DNA of 64,000 nucleotides from Adineta vaga (taxonomy: Eukaryota > Animalia > Rotifera): NCBI GenBank assembly GCA_021613535.1, contig CP075494.1:2418001-2482000 (forward strand). Direction: 5' to 3'. This document shows positions 12,036 to 26,518 of the stretch, piece by piece. Positions within the stretch are counted from its first letter, which is position 1. Each line of letters begins with the position of its first letter. A program made the translations under genes and the position numbers. The notes beneath the pieces were generated by a model. The model ran no database searches, had not been told where the DNA came from, and saw only the letters and a program-made list of their open reading frames with translations.

Positions 12036-14205
12036 TGAGTATATATAATGCAACGTTCGCTTTTCTCCTAGTAACGATGTAACGTAACAAAATGAGACAA
12101 AGACGAAAAGTAATGAAATCAAAACGTTAATGCACGTGTCAAAGACAATGGTTGCTTGTTTTCCTTTTTTTGCAGTTCACAGAACGAACAAACAAGTAAA
12201 CAGGCATGTTCTGCTTTGTTAAGAAATCGATACTGCATAGTGATGTTGTACAGTTCTTTTCAATCATATAGGTTTGACTCTGTTGATTTGAAATTATTCT
12301 TCTCATTCAGCGTTTCTACTTATCTCTCATGTTGTTATTCAATATAAATTTCTGCATTAACAGTATCAAATACTTGTTTTTTTTATAAAAAAATGTTCTC
12401 AGCTACAATGACAAAGATAACTCGCAGAACCATAAGAGTCTTTGTTACAATGATATTGAATCACTGTTGAACAAGAACAAAAGAGAATCTTGGTCGAGAA
12501 CGTTTTGGTTCAATTGAATTATTAAATAATACAATACGTAATAGAAGTTATTGATTTCTAATCTGTCATAATATGGTATTTCAAATAGTGTTCTGTATTC
12601 AGAAGTGAAATTGTATTAATATTCATCTCATAATCTTTCATCTGACGAAGAAATCAAAACATATTTTATTTTCTTCTTGAAACAATATGTAAAATAAATT
12701 TTTTGATTTAATGATTTTTATTTCTCATATCTTTTTGTATTTCAATTTCTTTAACTCTCAATAAATATAAAGTCATATTAAAATAATAATTGAAAGTATC
12801 GATGATCTTCGGTAATATCTATACTCAATCTTGACATAATTTATATGAAATATTGACATCGAGAAAAGAAAAGTCAGATTAGTTGGCTATATTTATAAAA
12901 TAGACGATCATATAAATAAATTCAATAGAAAGATATCGAATCTATTCTTCTTTAACAAATATTCTTCTAGAAATAATTTCATTTCGAAGTAAAAAATAAA
13001 TAATTATTCCATTATTTATTCCAAAACTGCGGGATATGTGACACCAGTCTAGTGATGGAATAAGAAGAACAAGAGAAACACTTCTATATTTATTTTCTCT
13101 TTTTTTTTGTTGAATTTTTTTACATTTATTTCTGATTGGTTCATTGCTCTTTCTTATCTAAATATCATAAACTATGAACTAACATCTCTTGAATTTCTAT
13201 CATTTAAGTGACACTGTTTTTCAGAGAAACATTCAATGTCGAATTAAAACATATGTACATAACTAAAGTAAACTTTTTCTTTTCTTAAAAAACCTATATG
13301 GTTGTTACCATCTCGTTTTGAAAGATTCTAATAATTTTTTTTCCGATAATTCTAAAATTAAAAATGAATATCGAGAATAAATGGCAGTTTATCTAACAAA
13401 ATAGATTAAAGTAACCGTTAAAACAGAAGAAAATAAAATGTTTTTATCAGAACTGATATTCCATGTATAAATTGAGTTCCGTCAAAAAACAGAAAGAACA
13501 GATGCAGTTAGATACTGAAAATTATGAAGAAGAAACAATAGATAATGAGTAGAACATATTTAACTAACAAAAGCTTGTTAATATTTGGATGTAAAATGAG
13601 CATAAACATATTTTTATTGTATTTTATTAGAATAAAAATGTTTTTCAATGATTAATGACGTGAAAAGTAGTGATCTGATCTGATGTATTATTTCTTTTTA
13701 TTATTTATTTCGAAATTTATATGAGAAAGTGACGCTTCGCAAAATAATATTAATTAAACTCCAATTTAAAAAAAAACAATTTTCTGCATTTTAGTCATAT
13801 ATTTTGAATTCATGTTCTTTCATAGATTCCATTATATGACAGATTATACTCCAAGAAGTATTCAAGTAGGATGTATTGACTTGTGAAGAGTCGCCATTAC
13901 GTAAAAACTAGTTCAAATAGAAAAAATGGAGAGTTGAACAGAAATTCGATGTTTGTAAGTGCAAAACTAGGAGACTTAATGAATCTTATCCATTAGCAAC
14001 GATACTTCTGGTCCTAAACGGGTGTTGTAGCAAGAGATAAAATCTCTTACTGGGCGTTGGTATGTGTGTCGAATAATTATCCACACCCACACCCTCAAAA
14101 TATATTTTGTTGAATTCTCTTATTCTTACCTACCTGCACCTTTAAATAGACTCTCACTCATACACTCAACTTAAGATAGTCTTCATTCTCATTGTAGAAA
14201 CAACG

Positions 14206-17200
14206 ATGCAATCCCTCACTGCTGCTGCTGATCGAATCCAGACATATTTTGCAGAATTGAACCTTTTTGAAGATGAGAGAACTCGTTTTGATCAATTTTA
14301 TTTACGAACTGCAATTATTTCCAGTCGAGTCTATATTGCTCTTCTCACACTCGCCGTTATCATTGTTATCGTATTCACTTCATTGGATACTCAATCAGAA
14401 GTTATCACCATTCGAAATCCATCTCAAGCATATTATCAAGCATTAATCAACAACAATTCAACCCAACTATCATGCCCATGCAGTCACATTACTATTCCAT
14501 ATGGTAACTTTAGTTCAACGACGGTCAACTATCATCCTGTATGTTCAAGCGTATTCGTCTCTGATGATTGGATCAATCATCTTTTCAGTTCTGACATTGG
14601 AAAGTTATATCAAGCTGATTTTCGTGTATTGGCTAGTAGTTATTTTCAACTACTTGCTGCATTATGTTCCCATGCCAACAGATCAGTTTATGATGCACTC
14701 GCTGATTTTGACTCAAAAACACTTCTCACTCCGGATGTTCTTTCACAGGACTTCTTCGATAATCACACTCAAGCGAAAAGTAAATTTCTGAAATTATCAA
14801 CAGAAAATGATCTTCTTCAACTGCTTGAACTAATACGCACCACTACCCATGCAAATGCACTACAAACAGCAATACAGACATCTACAATAATGAATATAAT
14901 AGGCAGCACCATCATTAGTGTAGATATCATTTTTCATCTTAATCTTACATTGCAATGTAGGTGCTCTTCAACACGTAACTGCTCTCTACCATCTGGTTTC
15001 TTTGATCTTCACAGGATAAAAACCAGACCTTTTTTCTTTTGGCAGCTACTGCCTATAGCCTATGTACCTGGATTTGTTGTCGGATGCTCCGCAGTCGAGT
15101 CCCTATTGCAGTCAACACTCGCGTGCTTGTTTGATTGGCCATGTCTCAAAACTATACACACATTTATTCCTTCTAGCAACATTACCGGTGTCTCTCCTCT
15201 TGACATGAATCAAACCCGATTCGCTCCGAACACATCCATTAAAACAATTATCGATAGTTTATTTATCGAAAATTGGACAACAGAACAATCATTTTCCAGT
15301 TATTATGAACAATGTGCTCCTATTCTGTGTTCTTACACATCAGTACAACACAATAATGTATTATATATAATAACCAAACTTTTGGGTTTATATGGTGGAC
15401 TGAGTGCCGCTCTTCGTCTGTGTATTCCACTTCTTATTGGAGGGTGGCGCAAAAGAAAACTCATCGCTGTGGCAGGGCCCCGTCTCAGTAAGTATCAGAA
15501 TCTTAAGAGTTCCCATCTTGTACTTCCAGAATATGCTTGACTTCTCATTGGCAAACTCTATTTCATTCTTTCTTCATTCAGAATACTGTTTATAAGTTGT
15601 TTGATAGAAATAACACTTGTTTTGTTTTTAGAATTGTACTAATATAGTTTTGTCTTTCAGTTGTTTCTCGTATGCGACGTGTTCAAGCAGTATGGCAATC
15701 GATACGAATCAAGGTAATAGAATTGAATCTCTTCAAGACTCGAACGATGTATACTGATCCTTTCGAACGTATTACTTTAAGAATTTCGACTTGGATCTAT
15801 CTTGTTCTTTTGTGCTTATCAATGATTATTATTATTCTTTTTACTTGGTTAAGTGTTCGAATACACCATGGGACTGTTGAGTATCCGTCAATAGCTACCT
15901 TCGAATGGTTACAAGAAAAGTATACAAGATCATTTCAATGTCCATGCAGTCAAATTGCTATTCCGCATTATTTGTTCATATCACTTTCTCCTCAATTTCA
16001 TCCGGTGTGTACAAGCGATTTTTTATCCGATCTGTGGTTTCAGTCCATTTCATCTGCGGGTTGGTTTCAATACATAGACAAAGTTGAAGACATCTTTATC
16101 AGTGGACATAAATACTTCAGGACTCTGTCAAGTTTGTGTGAGCTTATGAAAACAACTGTGTCAGACGCATCCTCTACTTTCAATCAGTCATCGTTAACCA
16201 CCGATCAGAGCTTATCCAATGTCGAATTCACGGCTCGCGCACGACAAGCATTCAATCAATTCATATTGAACACTGTGGCCGAAGTGAAACATAGTATTGC
16301 ATTAATTCGGTCTCAAATATCGACTATGTATACAACGGGACAGAGTGACGCCTTTTGGAAATTGTCTCCTTGGCGTAATAGTTCATATTCAATGTATTTT
16401 CAGGCAGCACCAAAACAATTCGGCAACTGTTCATGTGGCCTTAATGACGAATGTAAAATGTCAATGATCTTGTACAACTATACTAATTATTTGGATGTCG
16501 ATCCACTCAGGCCGATATTTGAAATTTCTAATATGTTTGTGAGTTGCTTTCCAATGCAATCGGTTCTTCAATCGTCATTGGAATGCATGTTTGACCAAAT
16601 ATGTTTGGGGCTTGTGTTAAAACAAATGAAGAATGTTAGTGAGGTAGCGCGTCAATTAAACATATCCATATTACAATGGAATTCGACACGGTTTTCTCCT
16701 AAGACACTTATTGAAGAAATGATTAATGAAATGATGATTGAGACATGGAATGAAAACATTAACTATAGTAAATATTATAAAAACTGTGCGCCCAAACTTT
16801 GTTCCTACTTTTATACATCACGAAGCGATGCAGTTTATGTATTTATTATAATGATCAGTTTGTTTGGTGGACTTTCAGATGTTCTGAGAATTACCGTTCC
16901 ACTTATCATTAACTGGATTCGAAAAAAGATGCGTGCAAGAGGTCAAATAGATAATACGTCACGTAAGTCAGCTTTAAATAAAACAGGTAGAATTTGTGAT
17001 CTTGAGGGTGGATGTGAGTGTGGGTAAATATGAATACAAGAGAACCTCATCCTCACATATACCCTCTCTCTTCAAATGAATCGCATTGTTCTTATAATAA
17101 AAGAGAATATCTGATATATTGACAGTCAAAGTATTTAAGAATAATATTGCTTGATGTGACAGGAAATATGAAAAATTGCGTATTATTCATTCCAGGTGCT

Positions 17201-18472
17201 TTCACACTCCGTGATCGTTTACATGGTCTCTGGCAATTGATTAAGGAGAAAGCAGTTGAGTTGAATTTGTTTGAGAGCGAAATATCATGGAATGATCCTC
17301 ATCGTCATCGTAAAGAAATTATTTCAACTCGCATCTATCTTTTTCTCCTTGTATTTTCTGTCATAATTCTTGTTGTTTATACTGGAATCTCCGTACAAAT
17401 ACAAACTTTCATAGTGGAATCTCCATCACAATCGATTTTCGAACAACTTATATCTAATCCAAAATATTCGTCTTCATTGGATTGTCCCTGTCAGAACATT
17501 TCTGTTTCATACGACTCATTCATATCCATCTCTCTACGCTATCATCAACTTTGTTCAAGTGATTTTGTTGTTAACAACTCTTTATGGATTAAACTCGTTT
17601 ATTCTGGATCAGACCTGATCGACCATGATTATGATGATTATCGTTTTTTTATCATCCCTCATTTTCGATTGCTTTTCTTCTTATGTACTCTAGCTAACGA
17701 CACATTTACTAATGCTTTATCAATTTTCCGTTCGAATACATACATCAGTAAACGAGCAGAATCGCGTCAAGTCGTTAACACTCAAATGCGAGCTATTCTC
17801 GATCAATTTCGATTATCGATACCACGAACATTTATGCGTAGACTCGACTTCATTCGACAGATGGCTCAAGGCAATGGATTACTTTCTCGAATTTCCTCTA
17901 ACTGGTATATAACACCATTGCAAATTGATGCTTTCGGAACGATGGCACCCAGATCATATAGGACCAAGGATTGTTCATGTGGTACAAGTGCTTTATGCAC
18001 ATCTTCGGCAACCATTGATAAATGGATTATACCTGGCTTTCTTGTCGGATGTTATCCACTCGAATCGCTTCTTCAATCGACTCTTGAATGTCTTTACAAT
18101 CTCACATGCATCAATAGACTAAAAAACATCACGAAATTTTCGAATATGACTTTCCGTCCTCTGAATTCCACCCTCTCATCTCTCAATGTTACTGTTCAAT
18201 CTCTTGTTGATGTACTCATGATTGATCAATGGGAATCAAATATCATCTATGAAAATTACTATACGATATGTGCAACTCTCTCATGTACTTATGTAACCAC
18301 TGAGCAGGTCAATACAATATATATAGTCACTACTATTATTGGTCTCTTTGGAGGATTGATTATTGCACTCAAAGTTATCGTTCCAATTCTTGTGACAATA
18401 ATGCAATATCTGAGCATGCGTCGTCGACGGCGAATTGAGCCAGTAATCACTGTGATTCTCGATGCTGAATGA
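14206..18472 (+). CDS. 1286-aa protein of three tandem homologous units, each TM1 - Cys-rich ectodomain - TM2; putative concatenated DEG/ENaC-like channel
   Basis: Exons 14206-15487, 15661-16962, 17196-18472 joined by phase-1 GT-AG introns (CTCA/gtaagt...tttcag/TTGTT; TCAC/gtaagt...ttccag/GTGCT); total 3861 nt, in frame. Each unit has ELNLF, IS(S/T)(R/W)(V/I)Y-TM1, CPC, (Y/F)HxxCxSxF, S(L/V)LQS(T/S)LxC, YYxxCAxxxCxY and TM2 with (G/S)L(Y/F)GGL(S/I). Gene structure is high confidence; the channel assignment is inference. Confidence 0.85.
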
Positions 18473-19301
18473 ATACTCTCTTAATTTAGTTCGTTATAAT
18501 TATATTAATATATCTATTATGTAAATTGAGCTAGAAAAAACAAATATGAATCATAGGTAGAAGAACGATGTCAAAAATAAGAAAAGAATAATTTATTTAT
18601 TTCGCTTACTCCTGATAATGTTTTGATATTGTCGCTTTACTTTGTAATTTTATTTTTTGTCTGTTTAACATCTTTCTTTCATTCAATATATTGCTGCATT
18701 AGTTTGCTGTATAGTCGCATCTCCTCAGTAAAAGATCCAGTATAAGTTTGACAAGGACAAATAAAGCTTATAGTCGATGATACACGAGACAGAAAATAAT
18801 CGTATGATCGACGAAAAATACATCTAGTATTATGGGATATTATATAATATTATTTTTATACACGTCAAAGTTACCTAGGTAGTGGTATATTTTTCGTCTC
18901 GACAAGGGATTTCTTTGTTGACTGCTTGAATTTATTTCAATTCTCTGACTATCTTTGAACATTTTTATTTTCTTTCATGATATTGATACAAGCCAAATCA
19001 CCATGTGTGAGCTCTCTATATCACAAACAAATCCTTCACCATGAAAAAAGGAGAGTCAACGAGAATAGCGTGGTTTATTTGACTTGAGGAGAAAATGTGT
19101 CTGAATGTATCCTCTCAGAACAAGAAAAATAGAAGCAGAAAGAATATTATTGCAGATAACATTCTCTCAAGTAAACAGAACGAAAAGAAGAGTAGTGATA
19201 ATATACTATCGCTAACACAAACACGCTTGCCATCGTTCCTTTTACAATATAAACAAATTGAATTTAAGGCCGTGTCATCTTGAAATTCTCCTTGTTTTGA
19301 T

Positions 19302-20051
19302 CTATGAACCACGAGGACAGTATTCAAAGTCATATACACCCCGAGATTTATAAAAGCCGCTTCTAGGAAGAAAAGAATTTCCTGCAACCAAAGATAATTG
19401 AAAAAAAAACGTTTCTAAAATTTAACTCATTACCCAAAACACCAGATTCTGCGAAATTATCTTTACGACGCATATTAAAGTTAAATCCTGTTTTTAAATA
19501 ACATTTCGTTACTGGTTGAATCCCATGTGTAAGACTGACATTCCCTGTTCATAAAGCATAGATTAAAACAGCCTGATTGAGTAGATGATTTAAGAATGCT
19601 TGATAAACTACTAATAAGATTTGCACTTAGATCTACGTTTGGTTTCAGAGTAAAACCAGGACTCACTTCTGAATCTTCATCTTTAGCTGTTAGTGTTTAA
19701 GATCTATATCCCAAAAAATCACCTTTGTTCACAGTATACTGCGTAATTACTGATGATAACTGCAGAATAGCAGGCGCAAGCCCTTTGGCTAGTGCTTCGC
19801 TTATTAAAGAAAATGCACTGAGAATGTCTACCGTTGCATCTGCTATATAGAATGGAAAGCCAGCATTGACTATTGTTGGGATTACTATGGTATGGAGTAC
19901 TATCGTCGATAACCCAATTGATAAACCACCAATCAGCGCCATTACATTCAAATCCATGTCTATTCTTAATCCTTGCTTTTGCAGTACGCTTTGTGCAACC
20001 AGCAATGATTGAAAATATTAATAAAAGACAGAGAAAACGGAAGGTTTTCAT
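19302..20051 (-). pseudogene. Secreted Cys-rich protein with a PAN/apple domain; disrupted
   Basis: Signal peptide MKTFRFLCLLLIFSIIAG; later PGFTLKPNVDLSANLI...CFNLCFMNRECQSYTWDSTSNE(fs)CYLK is a PAN/apple pattern; GT-AG intron at about 19382-19432, last exon ends ...FEYCPRGS* at 19302. Needs at least two frameshifts and read-through of a TAA at 19699-19697. Confidence 0.6.
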
Positions 20052-21282
20052 TGGTTGATGAATCTGAAATATGCATTTTATATTGAAGTGAAGAAAAATT
20101 CATTTCATAAAACACTCTCAACTCATGTTGTAATTCAAACGGTGAATATAAAGACAAACTAGATATTAATATCTTTGATAAAACATCCACTATCACTTCT
20201 ATTTGTTTCGACAACTGTACCGAGAAAAGAGTGATCGATTCTTTTTCTGAATATTAATCCGAATCAAACGTTTCGAATGTTTTATCATTTTACAGAATGT
20301 AACGAAAAATTATTGTTATCAGGACAATATTCTCGCTATAGACATTATGTAATGAAAAGTATATCTTTAGAATAGTTAACAATTTACAAACACTTACATT
20401 TACTCACTGTGTTAGATAAAATCTTGTGTATTGTTCACCAAAATGGTTCTAATGTTCTCACGTTATTGTATACATATATATATACACCATTAATATCAAT
20501 TTTCTTGTTTATCTGCAATTTTTTCATACGACCCCGCACTTTCCGTGAAATATCTATTTACCAATTCTTAATTACATGCATTTTTTTTCATGTACACCGT
20601 GTCCGGAAAACTATCAACCAAAAAATCATTTTAAATATCTTCTTCATATATTGATCAGATGAGTTGACATTTTTACGTATGATAAAAGTATTTCTAGAAT
20701 GTATATTCTAAAAGAAATCCTTTTGCTACATGCGAAAAGATAGAATTTTTCTATTGATATCTAACAAAAGATTTCTTTCTGGATATAAACTTTGAATATG
20801 ATTCTAGTATTGCTTACATTTCAGCATATTTGATCGACATATGAAGACGATATTCAAATGTTTTATTATGTTCAATGATTTTTCAAACACGCTGTATAAA
20901 CCTTATTATTGTCATTTAAAACATGTGAATACTCTTTGGTTGGTCATTTGATTTCTTGTAAAACTCTTCCTTTTTGAAAATTTATACTATGTTTTCTACT
21001 TTGAAAAATGATTACGTAATTAATTATTATACGAATAAAACATTATTGATCAATTCAATCGGAAATCTGGATATTCTTTAGAAGTAAAATTAAATTATTT
21101 ATTAACAAAATGAACAATTTTCCAGAATTTTTAAACTTGTAAAAGGAATGGAATGATTTAATCAAGAAAATGTTTGTCAAACAAGTCATAAAATCTAATG
21201 AATCAAATATTGCATTGATCGATGACTTTGAATGATTATATATTAAATGAATAAAAAGAAATACACGTCTTCTTTTGAAAAA

Positions 21283-24200
21283 ATGATTTTATTTCAGTTG
21301 ATTCTTATTTTAACTATTTCGTTAAATAATCATTTCAATTCTGGTGAATATAGTTTAAATGATCAACAATGTTTAGATTTTTATGCGAATGAACAATTTT
21401 TCGCAAATTTCTTTAAAACACCAAAGCATTTAGGACATCAAATCATTCCATTTTGTTTATCCGTTAATAATGATAATGATCCGTTTATGATTGAAGAAGA
21501 TATTCCATCATTTACATTTGATCAATTAATTGAACGGAATATAAGCAGTAATGATTTATATAAAATGGCAGCTCATTTGGATTTAATTGAAGAATATCAG
21601 CATATCAGGAAAATCGAAGTGAACTAATATCACGTTTTTATCATTGTGCTACGAAAGATCGATTTGGTTTATTTTGTGAATATTCTTTATTAAATTCGGT
21701 AAGTTTATTTCATTGATTCAGAGATGGTTTTATTTCTTTTAGAATTCTTTACAAACACCATTTGCTGAAATTGTGGTTAAGACGTTAAAAGAAAGTTCTA
21801 CTATACCGTTGAATGGTACTTGTTATGTTCATCTTGATTGTTATCGTGATGATTTTCTATGGTGTCTTGACTGGCGTGAAGTATGTGATGGAAAAGTTGA
21901 TTGTTGGCCAAATCCTATTGATGAACAATATTGTGATGAACTTGAACGTAATGAATGTGGTTCAGATGAATATCGATGCTTAAATGGGCAATGTATTCCA
22001 GAAAAGTTTTTATTAGATGCTTCGATTAGTTACGATTGCCTTGATATGACTGATGAGAATATGTTCGATGATCTTTTAATAGAAAGAAGCAATTGTAGAA
22101 TTGGTGATCCTTCTTTTCGATGTATAGACACAGCATATTCGAATTGGCAATTTCAACAAAATGACTTTAGTTTCTGCAGTAGTGGAATGTCTTGTTATCT
22201 GGAACGTAAAAATCAATTCCATATTAGTTTATTAAAACGTACTGCTAACACTCATATAAATGCTGATTGTTGGGTTACTATGATTTGTTTAGTACATTCA
22301 ATCAATACGGCTATTCCAGTAAGTCGTTTTTGAACTTATTATAATACAAGTCAATTATAACTATTCGAAAAATTCTATTAGTCTATTGATTTTGTTTCAT
22401 AGACACTAATTAGTTAGATGATGTAAAGAGTTTAGAAAAACGACACATTTCTCTTTAACTAAATTGATCTATTGAAATTTAGTTTGATTTGATTTATCAA
22501 GATTTATTTAATGGAACATGTGATAATATTTGTTTCGAACCCGATCATTCTTGTACTCCACGACTTCGTCAATATTGTCCAACATTATTTGAATTTCCTG
22601 CATCGTCTATCGGATGGAATCAGTTATATTTCATCTATTCATGGAATAGAACAGGTATAGGACTGTATCGACCAAATTATATTTGTTTTAATGAACATAG
22701 TTGTGGTATGCCAGAATCGAACATTAGCGTGACATTAAAAAGCAAACCTTCAATTAGACTGTCTTGTGAACATTCATCAAGTATAGTTAGTTTGACACAA
22801 ACCTGGTATGCACAGGCTGATCATTGCACAGGAATCATGCACAAGCAATGTTCCGTACAAAAGAATGGAAAACAAGGATATTGCCCTGAAGATACTCAGT
22901 TTCGATGTCACAATAAATGCTTGTCTAAACATCGACTAGCCAATACATTACTTGATTGTCGTGAAGGTTTTGACGAAAAATTTACAAATGGATGTGTTCT
23001 TAATGATAAACATCGTTTTCGATGTACATCTTTCTTAACTGAACAAATTAGTACACGATGCATAGTACCTATTTTTTTATTGACACACAACGGACAAATA
23101 CATTGCAATGAAGTAACTCGATTACCTCATTTTCCCACATTATGTGATAGTTATGTTGAACACAGAGAAAATATAAATGGACGTATGGAAACGGACGAAA
23201 TGTAATGTGAAGAATGGCCATGTAATAATCAATATACAAGATGTGATTCAATATGGAATTGTCGTAACGGAGAAGATGAAGCTCAGTGTTCTCAAGATGT
23301 TTGCAATGGAATCATTGGACATCCTTGTTTACTTCCAGATACATTAGAGTTTATTTGTCTGCCAATCAATCGTAGTAATGATGGAATAATTGATTGTCTT
23401 GGAGCAACAGATGAACCATATCTGTGTAAAAACTTGTATGAAGGTGGAACACGATATCGATGTTTGACAGATAACACAAACAATAAGTGAGTAATATCTA
23501 AACGTTTCCTCCTTATAGAAAATCGTTTCAATCTTCATTTGCTCTAGTCTATCAAAATGCATTTCAATGAATAACGTTTACGATGAATCATATGATTGTC
23601 CTCTAAAAGATGATCAATTACCCTCCATATGTAAAAATGATTTCAATTTGCCATATGTATGTGGACATTTTTTGACATTTTCTAGACAATTAACCAGTGA
23701 AAGTATACTGTGTAGTCTCGATGATTCTATCAAACTTTCTCTCCCAGCTATAACAGGTTTGCCACATTTTTCATTATCTTACTATAGTCTTCGTTTTCGG
23801 AGTCCGTTTTCAATTGGTTCCGCTTTATCTTCAATTAAAGAGGATTCACTTGAGATAACATCTGTAAAACAAATTCCTTCGAATCAGTCTCATTGTCATA
23901 GTGGTATACCAATTCATTTTCGAAATCATTTGAACTGTTTATGTCCACCGTCCTTATATGGTTCACAATGTCAATATCAAAATCAACGTATAAGTATTAT
24001 TTTACAAATCGGTGCTCCTGAATGGCGAACTCCATTTGTGTTTGTTATTTACCTTCTTGATAATAGAGATGGAACAATAAATTCCTATCATTCTATTCGA
24101 TATGTATCAACTCGTGATTGTAGTGCAAAATTTCGTTTTAATTTAATTTATTTAACAAAACCCAAATTATCCGATCGAACCTATTCAATTAGAATTGATC

Positions 24201-26518
24201 TTTTTGAAATGGAAACATTAAAATATCGAACAAGTTGGTTCTTTCTTATTCAATTTTCATTTTTACCCGTGTGTCGTCTCTCAACACAATTGGTTGTTCC
24301 ATTATTTACTTCTTCTATCGAAACTCATTGTCCAATTACATGTTCATCAATTCATGGAGAATGTTTAAAATTTATTAATACTAATCAATACTTTTGTTGA
24401 TGTCATTCCGGTTGGTTTGGATTGTCCTGTACAAATTTTCATCAATGCGATTGTTCATCTGATTCACTTTGTGTTGGTATTTGGAAGAATAAATCGATCT
24501 GTATATGTCCAACACAGAAATATGGTCGACGTTGTTATCTTAAGTATAATTCATGTGAAGAACGTGTTAGTGATCCATGTGTCAGGATCGCCATCTATTT
24601 ATAGTAGATGGACGATCCTTTCGTTTCTTGTGTTGTTTTTCTTTCTATTGGATTATACTTTATATATATGTTTTTTGTTTTTTGTTGTTGTTGTTGTTAT
24701 CTCTCTAATCTGAAATAAAGGTGGTCGAAGACCGAAACTTAAAAGGGTGTCGCTTTCTTCCTCTTCCCTTTTTTCGTCAACACTTTAGTTCGGATCCTAA
24801 CACCATGTGCATCGAATAGTTTATGCATTCCACGTGACTATCGTATAACCGTCGATCGTCCAAGTGTCTGTTTATGTGCGACGGGATATTATGGAGATCA
24901 ATGTCATTTAAATGAAACGCGAATCGATTTATTAATTTTAACTTCAGATGTTCCACAACTTTTACTTCTTCATTTTATTTATGTTGGTGATCGTATGGTA
25001 CAGAAACCATTTGGTGACGATCTTTCCCGGGGTCCACATGAACGTGCAACTGTATTCAAGAAAATTCCACCTAATCGTAATTTAATCACATTCTATTGGA
25101 GTAATTCATTTCATATTCTTTTCGGTGAATTTAACAAAAATATTTATTTAATTTTAACACAGTTAGAACATATTACATCAAAACGAATTAAAGGAACACT
25201 TCGATCTCATCGACGATGTTTATCAATCCATGAATTATTAAATAAAACAATATTAAATTTACCACGATTACGTCGTGTTAAATATTATCATAAACCATGT
25301 CGTGAACAAATTGATTTATCTTGTTTTTATGATGAAGTAGATTTTATGTGTCTTTGTACTTTTGATCGACGAGCAAATTGTTTTCAATATGAAAATCAAA
25401 TGATTTATAATTGTCGACAATTATCAATTTGTGAAAATGGTGGACAATGTTTTCAAGATCATCCAACATGTCCAACAGCAGCCTTATGTTCGTGTCAAAA
25501 ATGTTTCCTTGATACTCGTTGTCAAATTTCTACACGTAGTTTTGATTTAACACTTGATATTATTCTTGGATATCAAATACAATCTGATTTATCATTTCTT
25601 AATCAATTAAAATCAGTTCAAATTAGTTTTGCTATTACAATTGTCATGTTTATCATTGGCTTTATCAATGGAATTCTATGTTTGATCGTTTTTCGACGAA
25701 AAAAACTTCGTGATATTAGTTCTGGTCTTTATTTATATATTGCTTCAATAATATCTCTTTTAACAATAACAATATTTGCTTTAAAACTTCTTTTAGTCAT
25801 GATAATTCAATTTAATTTCATAAGAAATCGAATATTTCTCAAATTTCAATGTTGGATTATTGATTTTATTTTAAAAGGATCATTACAAATTAGTGAATGG
25901 TTATATTCATGTGTTATGGAGTTGAAAGATTAATTTCAGTTTATTTTGGTTATAGTTTTAATAAAAAACGAAGTATTCAAATTGCAAAAAAAGATTATTC
26001 TTTGTTTATCAATATTTGTTTTATTGAGTTCAATTCATGAACCAATTCATCGAATTCTTATTGAAGATGAAGAAGATAAACGTTTTTGGTGTACAATTGA
26101 ATCTTCTCAATTTCTTCATATATTTAGTTCAATCATAACTATTTTTCATGTTATTAGTCCTTTTATTATGAATATTTTATCAACAATTGGTTTTATTATT
26201 CTTGAATCAAGAAGAAGATCACAAAATCAACAAATTCTTTCTTCTAATCATACTCTTCGTGATCATTTTAATCAATTTAAATATTTAATTTTAAGTCCAA
26301 TTGGTTTAATTCTTTTAGCTTTACCTCGTATTATTTTCATTTTTACTCTTGAATGTTTAAAATCATCACATGATTCAATAACATTATTTTTAATTGGTTA
26401 TTTCGTTTCATTTTTATCACCAGTCATTTCTTTTATTATTTTTGTTTTACCTTTGAAAGGATCTCGAACAGAAGTTAAAATTTTATCAAAATCATTTAGA
26501 AAATTCTTTCGATGTTAA
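21283..26518 (+). pseudogene. LDL-receptor class A repeat / EGF / class A 7TM receptor, pseudogenised
   Basis: Signal peptide MILFQLILILTISL; LDLa repeats (CLDWREVCDGKVDC, CGSDEYRCLNGQCIP...DCLDMTDE); several EGF modules; C-terminal 7TM (FIIGFINGILCLIVF...). Lesions: frameshift near 21600, TAA 23203-23205, TGA 24398-24400, solo-LTR insertion 24580-24802, frameshifts at about 25915-25990. Confidence 0.85.
24580..24802. mobile_element. Solo LTR (223 bp) with 5-bp target site duplication
   Basis: Begins TGTCAGGATC, ends GATCCTAACA (TG...CA, 9/10 inverted match); CCATG on both sides (24575-24579 and 24803-24807); internal AATAAA; removal restores the EGF reading frame DPCASNSLCIP...CLCATGYYGDQC. 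Confidence 0.9.

Noticed and set aside
14206-18472. Three separate tandem paralogous genes, as the ORF track suggests
   Set aside because: Canonical in-frame phase-1 splice sites join them, and the ORF tails and heads beyond those sites are non-homologous intron read-through.
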